A stretch of DNA of 24,471 nt from positions 1-24,471 of the IMG/VR virus record IMGVR_UViG_3300005512_000318; one strand, given 5' to 3'. Below the pieces are notes generated by a model that had not been told where the DNA came from, did no database searches, and saw nothing but the letters and a program-made list of their open reading frames with translations. Below, in pieces: positions 1 to 8,100 of the stretch. The stretch comes from a virus. Lineage: Duplodnaviria > Caudoviricetes. The position numbers and the translations under genes are program-made. Within the stretch, counting starts at the first letter, position 1. Each line of letters begins with the position of its first letter.

Positions 1-87
1 GCCACAAGAACCACAGTAAACATCGCTGACATAACAAATGGCAACGGTGACTTATTTATCTCGATGGAATACCAAACATCAGCTTAA
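1..87 (+). CDS. 3' end of an upstream gene (partial), probably a tail fibre/receptor-binding protein
   Basis: Frame 1 is open from base 1: ATRTTVNIADITNGNGDLFISMEYQTSA*, TAA at 85-87. The C-terminal beta-strand ending and the position before small fibre-associated genes fit a tail fibre (inference). Confidence 0.55.
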   Translation, partial: ATRTTVNIADITNGNGDLFISMEYQTSA

Positions 88-124
88 CAATTATTCCCAG
101 TGGATTCTGGGATGGAGAAACAAA

Positions 125-367
125 ATGGCATTAACTAAAGAAACAGTAGTAGATAAAATCGAAGTGCTTGAGAATGGCTGCATTCAGGTCAGGCAAGCTA
201 CACGCATTGTCGAGGATGGTGTAGTAATCTCAAGCACGTTCCATCGGCATGTTGTCACACCACTGGACAGCACTGAGGACGAAGATCAGAAGGTGAAGAA
301 TATTGCTGCTGCGGTACACACCGACGAGGTGAAGGCAGCGTATCAGGCCACAATAGAAGATTCATAA
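125..367 (+). CDS. Conserved small phage protein (80 aa), usually tail-fibre-adjacent; function unknown
   Basis: Start moved from 38 to ATG 125 because of SD GGAG at 114-117. MALTKETVVDKIEVLENG..QVR..RIVEDG..S.FHRHVV.P resembles a family common next to fibre genes in aquatic phages (recognition). Confidence 0.8.
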   Translation: MALTKETVVDKIEVLENGCIQVRQATRIVEDGVVISSTFHRHVVTPLDSTEDEDQKVKNIAAAVHTDEVKAAYQATIEDS

Positions 368-388
368 ACAGCGCACAGGAGAAAAGCA

Positions 389-607
389 ATGGCGAAAAAT
401 ACTAAACAAGCCAATGTAATCACGATAGACGAAGTAGAGTACAACATCGACGACATGACTGACGGCCAGAAGGCTCTTGTCAATCACATTGCCGATCTAA
501 CTCGGAAGATCAATGGAACCCAGTTCCAGCTTGAACAGCTCCAGGTAGGGGCGCAGGCGTTTACTAACGCTCTTAAGGAATCTCTTGATGCAGAGGGAAA
601 TGATTAG
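389..607 (+). CDS. Small coiled-coil phage protein (72 aa), possibly a tail fibre chaperone
   Basis: SD AGGAG upstream; ITIDEVEY N-terminus followed by a heptad-rich helix (LVNHIADLTRKINGTQFQLEQLQV). Function inferred from context only. Confidence 0.75.
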   Translation: MAKNTKQANVITIDEVEYNIDDMTDGQKALVNHIADLTRKINGTQFQLEQLQVGAQAFTNALKESLDAEGND

Positions 608-1322
608 CTTTATACGCCACTTGTTTTGGCAAAAAGAATGGATACCAATTGCGGGCGGTATGCTGTTCGGCCTTGTATTTGGCATTTATGAGGAAGCAAA
701 CGCCTATCAACTCTATGAGGGTGAACCAAGATGGCAGAGCTACCACGCTGAGATTGATGCAAGCTGCCCCGAGCAGGTTATCAATGCAGTTGTTGACGGG
801 ATGAAGGCTTATGAGAATTTCTACCCGACCTCATGGGAAGTAAAGCACACCACCAGAGGCTCTACCCGAGACGCTATTAACACTATATTCTGTGATGGTG
901 ATTTCAGTGAGGTATCAAGCGCAAGGGCTGTTGAGAGCTATCGCGCAGTGGATAACAGCATCCTTGGAAGGGCTCACCTTTGGTGGCAGGATGGTTACTT
1001 TGTCGAGGCTGACATTCAGCTCAAGCCAGAGATAGGAGGCTGGGCAGTCAGGGCGGTGGTAGAACATGAGCTTGGGCATGTTTCAGGCTGCGCTCACAGT
1101 GCGGTATCTTCGGCACTGATGTACCCGACACTGCTCAGTGAAAGGTCGTTTTTGTACGATGATCTGCAATGCCTGAATGAGCTGTACCCATTTAGTTTTA
1201 GCGCCTTGGACTACCGTGGAAATCTGTTTGTGCCTGACGCAAGGGAAATAGGAAAAAGGCAAGGCTGGGGAATATTGAAAAGATTTGTTATCGAGCAATA
1301 TGGTGTAAAAAATGACTACTAG
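600..1322 (+). CDS. Exported/membrane-anchored matrixin-like (metzincin, M10-type) Zn metalloprotease
   Basis: HELGHVSGCAH matches HExxHxxGxxH (1065-1097), followed by Met-turn SALMYP. Upstream LGRA..W and EADI.L motifs. Hydrophobic N-terminus IPIAGGMLFGLVFGIY with an ANA|Y signal-peptidase-like site. ATG 600 (GAGGG upstream) is preferred over 585. Confidence 0.88.
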   Translation: MISFIRHLFWQKEWIPIAGGMLFGLVFGIYEEANAYQLYEGEPRWQSYHAEIDASCPEQVINAVVDGMKAYENFYPTSWEVKHTTRGSTRDAINTIFCDGDFSEVSSARAVESYRAVDNSILGRAHLWWQDGYFVEADIQLKPEIGGWAVRAVVEHELGHVSGCAHSAVSSALMYPTLLSERSFLYDDLQCLNELYPFSFSALDYRGNLFVPDAREIGKRQGWGILKRFVIEQYGVKNDY

Positions 1323-1392
1323 CGCCACTTTTACAAAAAATGTGGGGGAGCTGATAGAAGAGGCTCTTAGTTTTGTAAGTAGCCGAGTGTAG
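1312..1392 (+). pseudogene. 26-codon ORF (MTTSATFTKNVGELIEEALSFVSSRV), possible truncated remnant of a head-tail adaptor gene
   Basis: ATG 1312 overlaps the protease 3' end, with GGTG upstream and TAG at 1390-1392. MTTS.TF....ELIEEA resembles the N-termini of phage adaptor proteins (from memory, unverified). Confidence 0.35.
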
Positions 1393-1406
1393 TAAGGAGC
1401 AAGGCG

Positions 1407-1652
1407 ATGTCCCTAACCGACGCAGAGATCAAAATACTTGTGCAGGAAGCTGCGGAACTTGGAGCCAGAAACGCCCTACGTGAAATTGGCTTACACGACG
1501 ATAGTGCGGGAGAGGACGTGCGCGAAATACGCAGTCTTCTGGAAGCGTGGCGCGAAACCAAACGTACTGTAGGCCAGACGATGGCTAGAATCTTAACAAC
1601 CGCCATACTGACTGCTTTAGCAGCAGGAATATGGGTTAAGTTTGGAGAGTAA
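1407..1652 (+). CDS. DUF6127-like membrane protein of the lysis region (81 aa)
   Basis: SD AAGGAG upstream; AAELGARNAL.EIGLHD..A.EDVREIRSLLEAWR signature; C-terminal TM helix ILTTAILTALAAGIWV. Confidence 0.8.
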   Translation: MSLTDAEIKILVQEAAELGARNALREIGLHDDSAGEDVREIRSLLEAWRETKRTVGQTMARILTTAILTALAAGIWVKFGE

Positions 1653-1653
1653 A

Positions 1654-1776
1654 ATGGGTTCAATAAAATATTTAGGTAAAGCGGCAAAAGCTAAAATGAT
1701 GGACATGACTGAGACTCAGGCGGGCATGACTATTGTGCTCGTCTTGTTTGCCTTAGCTGTTTTGGCGGCGGCTTAA
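1654..1776 (+). CDS. Unannotated 40-aa single-TM peptide in the lysis cassette
   Basis: SD GGAG 1644-1647, ATG 1654, TAA 1774-1776 abutting the holin ATG 1777. Sequence MGSIKYLGKAAKAKMMDMTETQAGMTIVLVLFALAVLAAA fills the gap exactly. Confidence 0.7.
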   Translation: MGSIKYLGKAAKAKMMDMTETQAGMTIVLVLFALAVLAAA

Positions 1777-2184
1777 ATGTTGTCTATGTTAGGCTCACTA
1801 ATTGGGCCAGTCTCCTCGATATTAGACAAGGTAATCCCTGATAAAGACCTTCGGGAGAAGCTGGCGCATGATATAGCTACTATGGCTGAGCGCCACGCGC
1901 ACGAGCAGATACAGGCTCAACTTGAGATAAACAAGACAGAGGCTGCCCACAAAAACTTATTTGTGGCTGGTTGGCGCCCAGCGTGTGGTTGGGTATGCGT
2001 GCTTGGTATGGCTGGTAATTTCCTGATTATACCAATGGCAAACATGGCCCTAGAGCTTCTGGAGACAGGTGTAGTGGTTCCAATGATTGACCTAAGTACC
2101 ATGCTGCCAGTTCTAATGGGTATGTTGGGACTGGGTGGTCTTAGGACATTTGAAAAAGTAAAAGGTGCGCAGAAAAATCACTAA
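1777..2184 (+). CDS. Holin, 3TM (GTA-type, DUF3154/Holin_3TMs-like)
   Basis: LDKVIPDKD...QLEINKTEAAH..LFVAGWRPACGW...LMGMLGLGGLRTFEK signature; directly upstream of the lysozyme. Confidence 0.9.
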   Translation: MLSMLGSLIGPVSSILDKVIPDKDLREKLAHDIATMAERHAHEQIQAQLEINKTEAAHKNLFVAGWRPACGWVCVLGMAGNFLIIPMANMALELLETGVVVPMIDLSTMLPVLMGMLGLGGLRTFEKVKGAQKNH

Positions 2185-2624
2185 TGAAAAAACTGATAGA
2201 AATGCTTAAGCGCCATGAGGGCGGGGTTAAAACTAACGGCCGTCATGTGGCCTACAAATGCCCTGCTGGATGGTGGACTATCGGGGTTGGCCGAAATATA
2301 GACCCAAATGGCGGGATTGGCCTGTCCGAAGACGAAATCGACTACCTGCTGGACAACGACATAGCCCGCATTATTAAGGAACTTTCTTCGGAATATCCGT
2401 GGTTTAGCTCTCTTGATGATGTGCGAAAAGATGCTATCATTGACATTAGTTTTAACCTTGGTGCCACTCGACTTCGTGGTTTCAAGCGCGCATTGGCTGC
2501 TATGGAAGTGGCCGACTATAAAGCTGCCTCTACCGAGTTCTTAGACTCTAAATGGGCCAGACAGGTAGGGGGCAGGGCTTTGGAGCTTGCCGACATGATT
2601 AGAACAGGCGAGTATTTACCGTGA
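2184..2624 (+). CDS. Endolysin, glycoside hydrolase family 24 (T4-like lysozyme)
   Basis: RHEG...AYKCPAGWWTIGVGRN (Glu...Cys-x5-Thr catalytic triad), FNLG, and C-terminal LDSKWARQVGGRA; no signal or SAR domain. Confidence 0.92.
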   Translation: MKKLIEMLKRHEGGVKTNGRHVAYKCPAGWWTIGVGRNIDPNGGIGLSEDEIDYLLDNDIARIIKELSSEYPWFSSLDDVRKDAIIDISFNLGATRLRGFKRALAAMEVADYKAASTEFLDSKWARQVGGRALELADMIRTGEYLP

Positions 2625-2633
2625 GAGTTATAG

Positions 2634-4505
2634 ATGCCGCTTCAGAAACTACAGTTCAAGACCGGGGTTGACCGCGAGAATACCCGCTATGCAGCCGAGG
2701 GCAGTTGGTACGAGACCAATAAGGTGCGTTTCAGACGGGGGCTGCCTGAAAAAATAGGTGGGTGGCAGCGGTTTTCTACCAATACGTATTTAGGCGTGGC
2801 GCGGTCCCTGCACAATTGGGCCACTCTGGATAAAAAGAACCAAATCGCGCTGGGCACGAACCTCAAGTATTACGTTGAGCTTGGTGGAGCGTATTACGAC
2901 ATTACCCCCATACGGAGTACCACAGCGGCAGGTGATGTGACGTTTTCTGCCACCACCGGTTCCACTACGCTGACTGTTTCTGATACAGCGCACGGTGCAC
3001 AACAGGGCGATTATGTGACGTTTTCTGGGGCGGTAAGCCTCGGTGGCGACATAACGGCCACTGTACTCAACCAAGAGTATGTCATAGATAGCATAATAGA
3101 CGCTGACTCTTACACTGTAACGGCTACAGCCATTGCAAACGCTTCGGATACTGGTAACGGTGGGGCCAGTGTAGTAGGCACCTATCAGATACCGGTGGGT
3201 AATGAGATCGAGGTGCCGTTTTCTGGGTGGAGCGCGGGGTTGTGGGGTTCCGGTTCATGGGGTAATGGGGGCAATACTGTTGCACCTATGCGTTTGTGGA
3301 GCCAGTCTAACTTCGGGGAAGACCTGTTTTTTACCTATCGAGGCGGCCCACCGCTCTATTGGGACGCTTCTGGCGGGGTAGCTAGTAGGGGGGTATATGT
3401 GTCATCGCTGGGCGGTGCCTCCGGCGTCCCTACAGTCGCTAACGTGGCCTTTATATCGGACATATTCCGGTTTGCCTTTTGTTTCGGGGCAAATCCCATA
3501 GGCAGCAGCACACTAGACCCCATGCTGATTCGGTGGTCAGACCAAGAAGACATAACTAACTGGACTCCCGCAGCTACAAACCAAGCAGGCGACTTACGCC
3601 TTTCTACCGGTACGGAAATAATCTGCGCCCAGCAGGCGCGACAAGAGGTGTTGGTTTGGACTGACTCTGCCCTGTACGGCATGCAGTATTTGGGGGCTCC
3701 GGAAGTGTGGGGGGCGCAGCTGCTTGGTGAAAACATTACGGTCGCTGGGCCGAATGCAGTTGTGTACTCCAACAACATCGCCTACTGGATGGGCAATGAC
3801 AAGTTCTATATCTACGACGGTACCGTAAAGACGTTGCCCTGCGCTGTACGTAGCTACGTTTTTGATGACCTGAACAAGAACCAGTCTGACCAAGTTATTT
3901 GCGGTACCAACGAGCAGTTTGACGAAATTTGGTGGTTCTACCCATCTACTGGCTCTACCCAGAATGACCGGTATGTGGTGTACAACTACGTAGAAAACGC
4001 GTGGTATTACGGTAACTTATCTCGCTCAGCGTGGATTGACGCCGACCTGCGGGATTACCCCATAGCGGCAACCTACAGCAATAATCTGGTCTACCAAGAG
4101 TACGGCACTGACTGCAACGAGCTTGGTTCTGCTAACCCCATAACGGCAACGCTAATCTCTGCCCCGTTTGATGTAGGTGACGGGGACAGGTTCATGCTAA
4201 TCAACAGGGTGTTGCCAGACATCACGTTCGATAACTCCACTGCGGACACCCCATCGGCTATTATGTCCTTGATTCCTATGGAAAATGCTGGGTCGGGGTA
4301 CTACAGTCCAGCCGGTGTCGGGGGTAATAGTGAGAACACTGTATCCCGCATAGCTACGATTCCTGTAGAACAGTTTACCGGAGAGGTGTACACCCGCGTG
4401 CGGGGCCGACAGATGGTGTTTAAGGTAGAGTCTACTGACTTGGGAGTTACGTGGAAGCTGGGTATACCGCGTATGGATGTGCGGCCTGATGGGCGGAGAG
4501 GGTAA
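2634..4505 (+). CDS. Tail hub / DNA stabilization protein (P22 gp10 / T7 tail tubular B-like), 623 aa
   Basis: Beta-rich, Trp-rich repeats (IRWSDQED...W.P...NQAGD.RL; EIWWFYPS...DRYVVYNY.EN.WYYG.L.R.AW); C-terminal R.RGRQ...G..R.D..PDGRR; position before the ejection genes. Confidence 0.7.
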   Translation: MPLQKLQFKTGVDRENTRYAAEGSWYETNKVRFRRGLPEKIGGWQRFSTNTYLGVARSLHNWATLDKKNQIALGTNLKYYVELGGAYYDITPIRSTTAAGDVTFSATTGSTTLTVSDTAHGAQQGDYVTFSGAVSLGGDITATVLNQEYVIDSIIDADSYTVTATAIANASDTGNGGASVVGTYQIPVGNEIEVPFSGWSAGLWGSGSWGNGGNTVAPMRLWSQSNFGEDLFFTYRGGPPLYWDASGGVASRGVYVSSLGGASGVPTVANVAFISDIFRFAFCFGANPIGSSTLDPMLIRWSDQEDITNWTPAATNQAGDLRLSTGTEIICAQQARQEVLVWTDSALYGMQYLGAPEVWGAQLLGENITVAGPNAVVYSNNIAYWMGNDKFYIYDGTVKTLPCAVRSYVFDDLNKNQSDQVICGTNEQFDEIWWFYPSTGSTQNDRYVVYNYVENAWYYGNLSRSAWIDADLRDYPIAATYSNNLVYQEYGTDCNELGSANPITATLISAPFDVGDGDRFMLINRVLPDITFDNSTADTPSAIMSLIPMENAGSGYYSPAGVGGNSENTVSRIATIPVEQFTGEVYTRVRGRQMVFKVESTDLGVTWKLGIPRMDVRPDGRRG

Positions 4506-5158
4506 TGGCTGACAAGCGCCAGATAAACAAGGTAACACCCCCCGCGCTACCCATACCGCCAACCTCCCCGCTATTGCGCTATTTGAGCGACCTGAACAAC
4601 GTACTGCGTTTGTTTTTCAATACCTTGGCAAATACGGTAAACTTGTTGACAGGTAGCAGCGGTGGGCGGTTTATTGACGTTCCCAATGCGTTATACTTCT
4701 CCACAGCAGATCAAGCACTAGTAGCGTCGAACACAGCGCAGGCCGTTACGTTTAACCAGACCTACTTGGAAAGTGGGTTCGAAATTAACGGCGGAAGCAA
4801 TAGCCAGATAACTGCCACATATGGTGGGGTTTACAACTTTCAGTTAACTCTGACCCTGACTAGTACTAGCGGCAGTTCAAAAGACGTGTATGTTTGGATA
4901 ACTAGAAACGGTACTGACTTAGGCTACACAACGCGGCCTTATAACATTTCCGGCTCAGGTAGGATGCTAGATATACAGTGGGCGTTTGACATCGACATGG
5001 CCGCTGGGGAGTATCTAGAGTTTTATTGGTCGGGTACTAGTACAAATTTAGAATTAGGTGCTTCGGCGGCAGTAACCCCACATCCGGGCATACCATCTGC
5101 TGTAGTAACAGTTAACTTTATTTCGGCGCTACCTGAAACGCGCCCAACACCTCCGTAG
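4505..5158 (+). CDS. Virion protein with short N-terminal helix and C1q/BclA-C-like beta-sandwich (217 aa)
   Basis: PPALP...LNNVLRLFFN.L N-terminus; C-terminal pattern AVTFN...ITAT.GGVYNFQL...M.AGEYLEFYW. Confidence 0.6.
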   Translation: MADKRQINKVTPPALPIPPTSPLLRYLSDLNNVLRLFFNTLANTVNLLTGSSGGRFIDVPNALYFSTADQALVASNTAQAVTFNQTYLESGFEINGGSNSQITATYGGVYNFQLTLTLTSTSGSSKDVYVWITRNGTDLGYTTRPYNISGSGRMLDIQWAFDIDMAAGEYLEFYWSGTSTNLELGASAAVTPHPGIPSAVVTVNFISALPETRPTPP

Positions 5159-5165
5159 GTTAGGT

Positions 5166-8100
5166 ATGCCATTTAATGCAGACATATTGACTCAAGACCC
5201 CGCTCGCGGTGGTGCTGTTAACGCGGCGGGCTTAACTTCTCTACAAGGTATACATCCTGCTCAAATTGCAGCAAAAAAGGCAGCAGAAGAAGCAGCAAAA
5301 GCAGGTGCCGCTAAATTCGGATTAGGGACTTTACTGCAAGGTCTTGGGCCACTGTATGCCGCTTACAATGTTTTAGACCTACTGGGCTTCTTTGATAGCA
5401 CCCTACAAGAAACCCCGATGACCCCCCAAGAAAGGGCGAAGTTTGAGGCGCAAAGCAGGTTAGCGTTAGCTACTAAGGGGTTAGCAGGGGGTGGCGAAGG
5501 TGCATATGAAACACTTATGGGTGCGCTAGCGCAAGCCTCTGATACAGAAGGTGTCAGCGAACAAGACTTAGCCAGCATACTTGGACAATCTGGCTATATA
5601 ACCAGTTTAAGCGGGGCACCCGGTGGGTCTACAGAACCCACGTTAGTGGAGATGACCCAAGAAAAGATAAATAAAGCGGCTAGTGCAGTAGGCAAAGCCC
5701 AAGATGCAGTATTTGACATCCTCGGTATCCCCAAGCCGGACTACTCGGTTATACAGCCTAATGCACCGGGGGGTACAGTGATATGGGGGCAACCTTCTGG
5801 CAGTGTATTTGGGCGTATCGGCACCACTCCGGGCGGTACTGTTACTGGTGTTCAGACAGGCATCCCTGCATTAGATGCAGTGTTAGGTAAAGTCGCTGAT
5901 GTAGTGTCAGGTAGAGCTGCAGCCGGGGACGTATTAAATACTGAAACTATAAAAGACATCATAGTTCAAACTGCGGGCGACGAACTTGGTATACCGGGCG
6001 ACCCTAATCAGGTTATTGCCGACATTAAAGAAATAGGCAAGCAAGTATTCTTAGATGATGAAACGGGTAGATTAGGTATTGGTCTGGGCGAAGGGGTAGT
6101 TCCTGATGTAGCACCTGACGTGGTTTCCGACGACACAACCGACGGCATAACCGACGACACAACCCAAACTGTCCGAACCGACGACATAACCGACGACACA
6201 AGTGTTTTTGACGATACTTATGACGATGTTCGGGTTGAAGACATTTTTTTAGATGAAAGAACCGATAGCACCCCAGACACACGTACAGAGACCCCAGACA
6301 CCTCAAGCAGTGGCGGCGGTTTTGGGTTACCCACAGATTCGGGTGTTGCAGTTACTACAGGCGGTCCCGGCGACTTGGTCGATCTTGATTACGTTATTGA
6401 CCCCTACGGCCGCAGTATTATTCCCGAAGAGCTGCTTGAGGTTATGAGCCGGGATAAAAATGAGGATGACGGTGTGAAAAAGTTTTTTACGGGTGGGCAA
6501 GTTACGGCTTTGGGCACTCTTGTTGGTGGATTAGCCAGTCTTTTTGACAAGGGTAACCAAAACCAACCCATTGGATATACAGGCGGTATCCCCAGCTATC
6601 AGGCTACCCGCGATGTTGTGCCGGGTGTTTTTGATGCTACAGACCGTAGGCCGGGTAGTTCTGGACGCCAGTACTTTACTGACCAGTCTGCCGCCGCCAT
6701 GTTCACCCCCGTTACCGACGCTACTGGGGCACAGCAAGTTATGGGTGGTGACGAGCTGGCGGCATTGAACGAGTATTACGCAAACCAGCAAACCGCTCAA
6801 GAGCAACAACAGGCCGACTTTGTTGAGGCAATGACTGCTTTGACAACTGCTGCACTGACCCCGGAACCGGAACCCGACCCGCTGGCTGGCCTTAACCTAC
6901 CGACCGCCGACAATGACTACACACCGGATGAAACCGCTTATGTCCGGGGGTTGATCAACCGGGGGGTAATTACACCGCAGCAAGCTGCAGATTACTACGG
7001 ACTGCCTGTAAGTGAGGTAAATGCCCTCCTACAACCCCCCGCACCTGCACCGACACCGGAACCCGACCCGCTGGCTGGCCTTAACCTACCGGCCGCCGAC
7101 AATGACTACACACCGGATGAAACCGCTTATGTCCGGGGGTTGATCAACCGGGGGGTAATTACACCGCAGCAAGCTGCAGATTACTACGGACTGCCTGTAA
7201 GTGAGGTAAATGCCCTCCTACAACCCCCCGCACCTGCACCGACACCGGAACCCGACCCGCTGGCTGGCCTTAACCTACCGGCCGCCGACAATGACTACAC
7301 ACCGGATGAAACCGCTTATGTCCGGGGGTTGATCAACCGGGGGGTAATTACACCGCAGCAAGCTGCTGATTTTTACGGTATTCCCGTGAATGAAATCTTA
7401 ACTGCGATGCAAAATACCCCTATAGACACAGGCACGGGTACAAGCACAGGCACGGGTACAAATACCACAAACACCACTACAGGTGGGGTAACACCTCTTA
7501 GTTACGCCCAGAATTATGACCCCACTACAGGAATGCCTACAGAGGTAAGTGACCTAGACCCTATTGATATTTACCACAACACTCCGGGTAACGAAATACC
7601 TCTATACGACGATCCGTACAACGATTTAGACCGCTTAGTAGACTATCTGGCGGACCCTGCTTCTGTAGACACTACCGGGATAAATATGTTGTCAGAAGAG
7701 GAGCGCCCAGACTGGTTTACCGGAAACCAAGAAGGTATTAGTACAGGCGAAGCGGCACATATTCTAGAGCAAGCCATACGCAACAATATATCCCCAGAGC
7801 AGCTTTTGGAAATGTATGACGACCCCAATTTCGGTATGGAGGAACTTACTGAATACATCCAAACCTACTACCCACACCACGGGTATACTTGGTTAAGTAG
7901 TGGCGGGGATGCCCCTTACGTGTTGAGCGATACGGTCCCTGAGCCGGAACCCGAACCTGCTTATATACCCCCACTGGAGACTGTTTACGAACCTCCACCC
8001 GAACCTGTTTATATACCCCCACCGGAGACTGTTTACGAACCTCCACCCGAACCTGCTTATGAGCCGCCTCCTCTCCCTCCCGCAGACGGTGATTACTCCC

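Noticed and set aside
38-124. N-terminal extension of the first ORF in the track
   Set aside because: It overlaps the upstream gene end, and the SD supports ATG 125.
6474-6490. AAAAAG TTTTTT as a programmed frameshift site
   Set aside because: It is not an in-frame X XXY YYZ heptamer, and the main frame continues uninterrupted.
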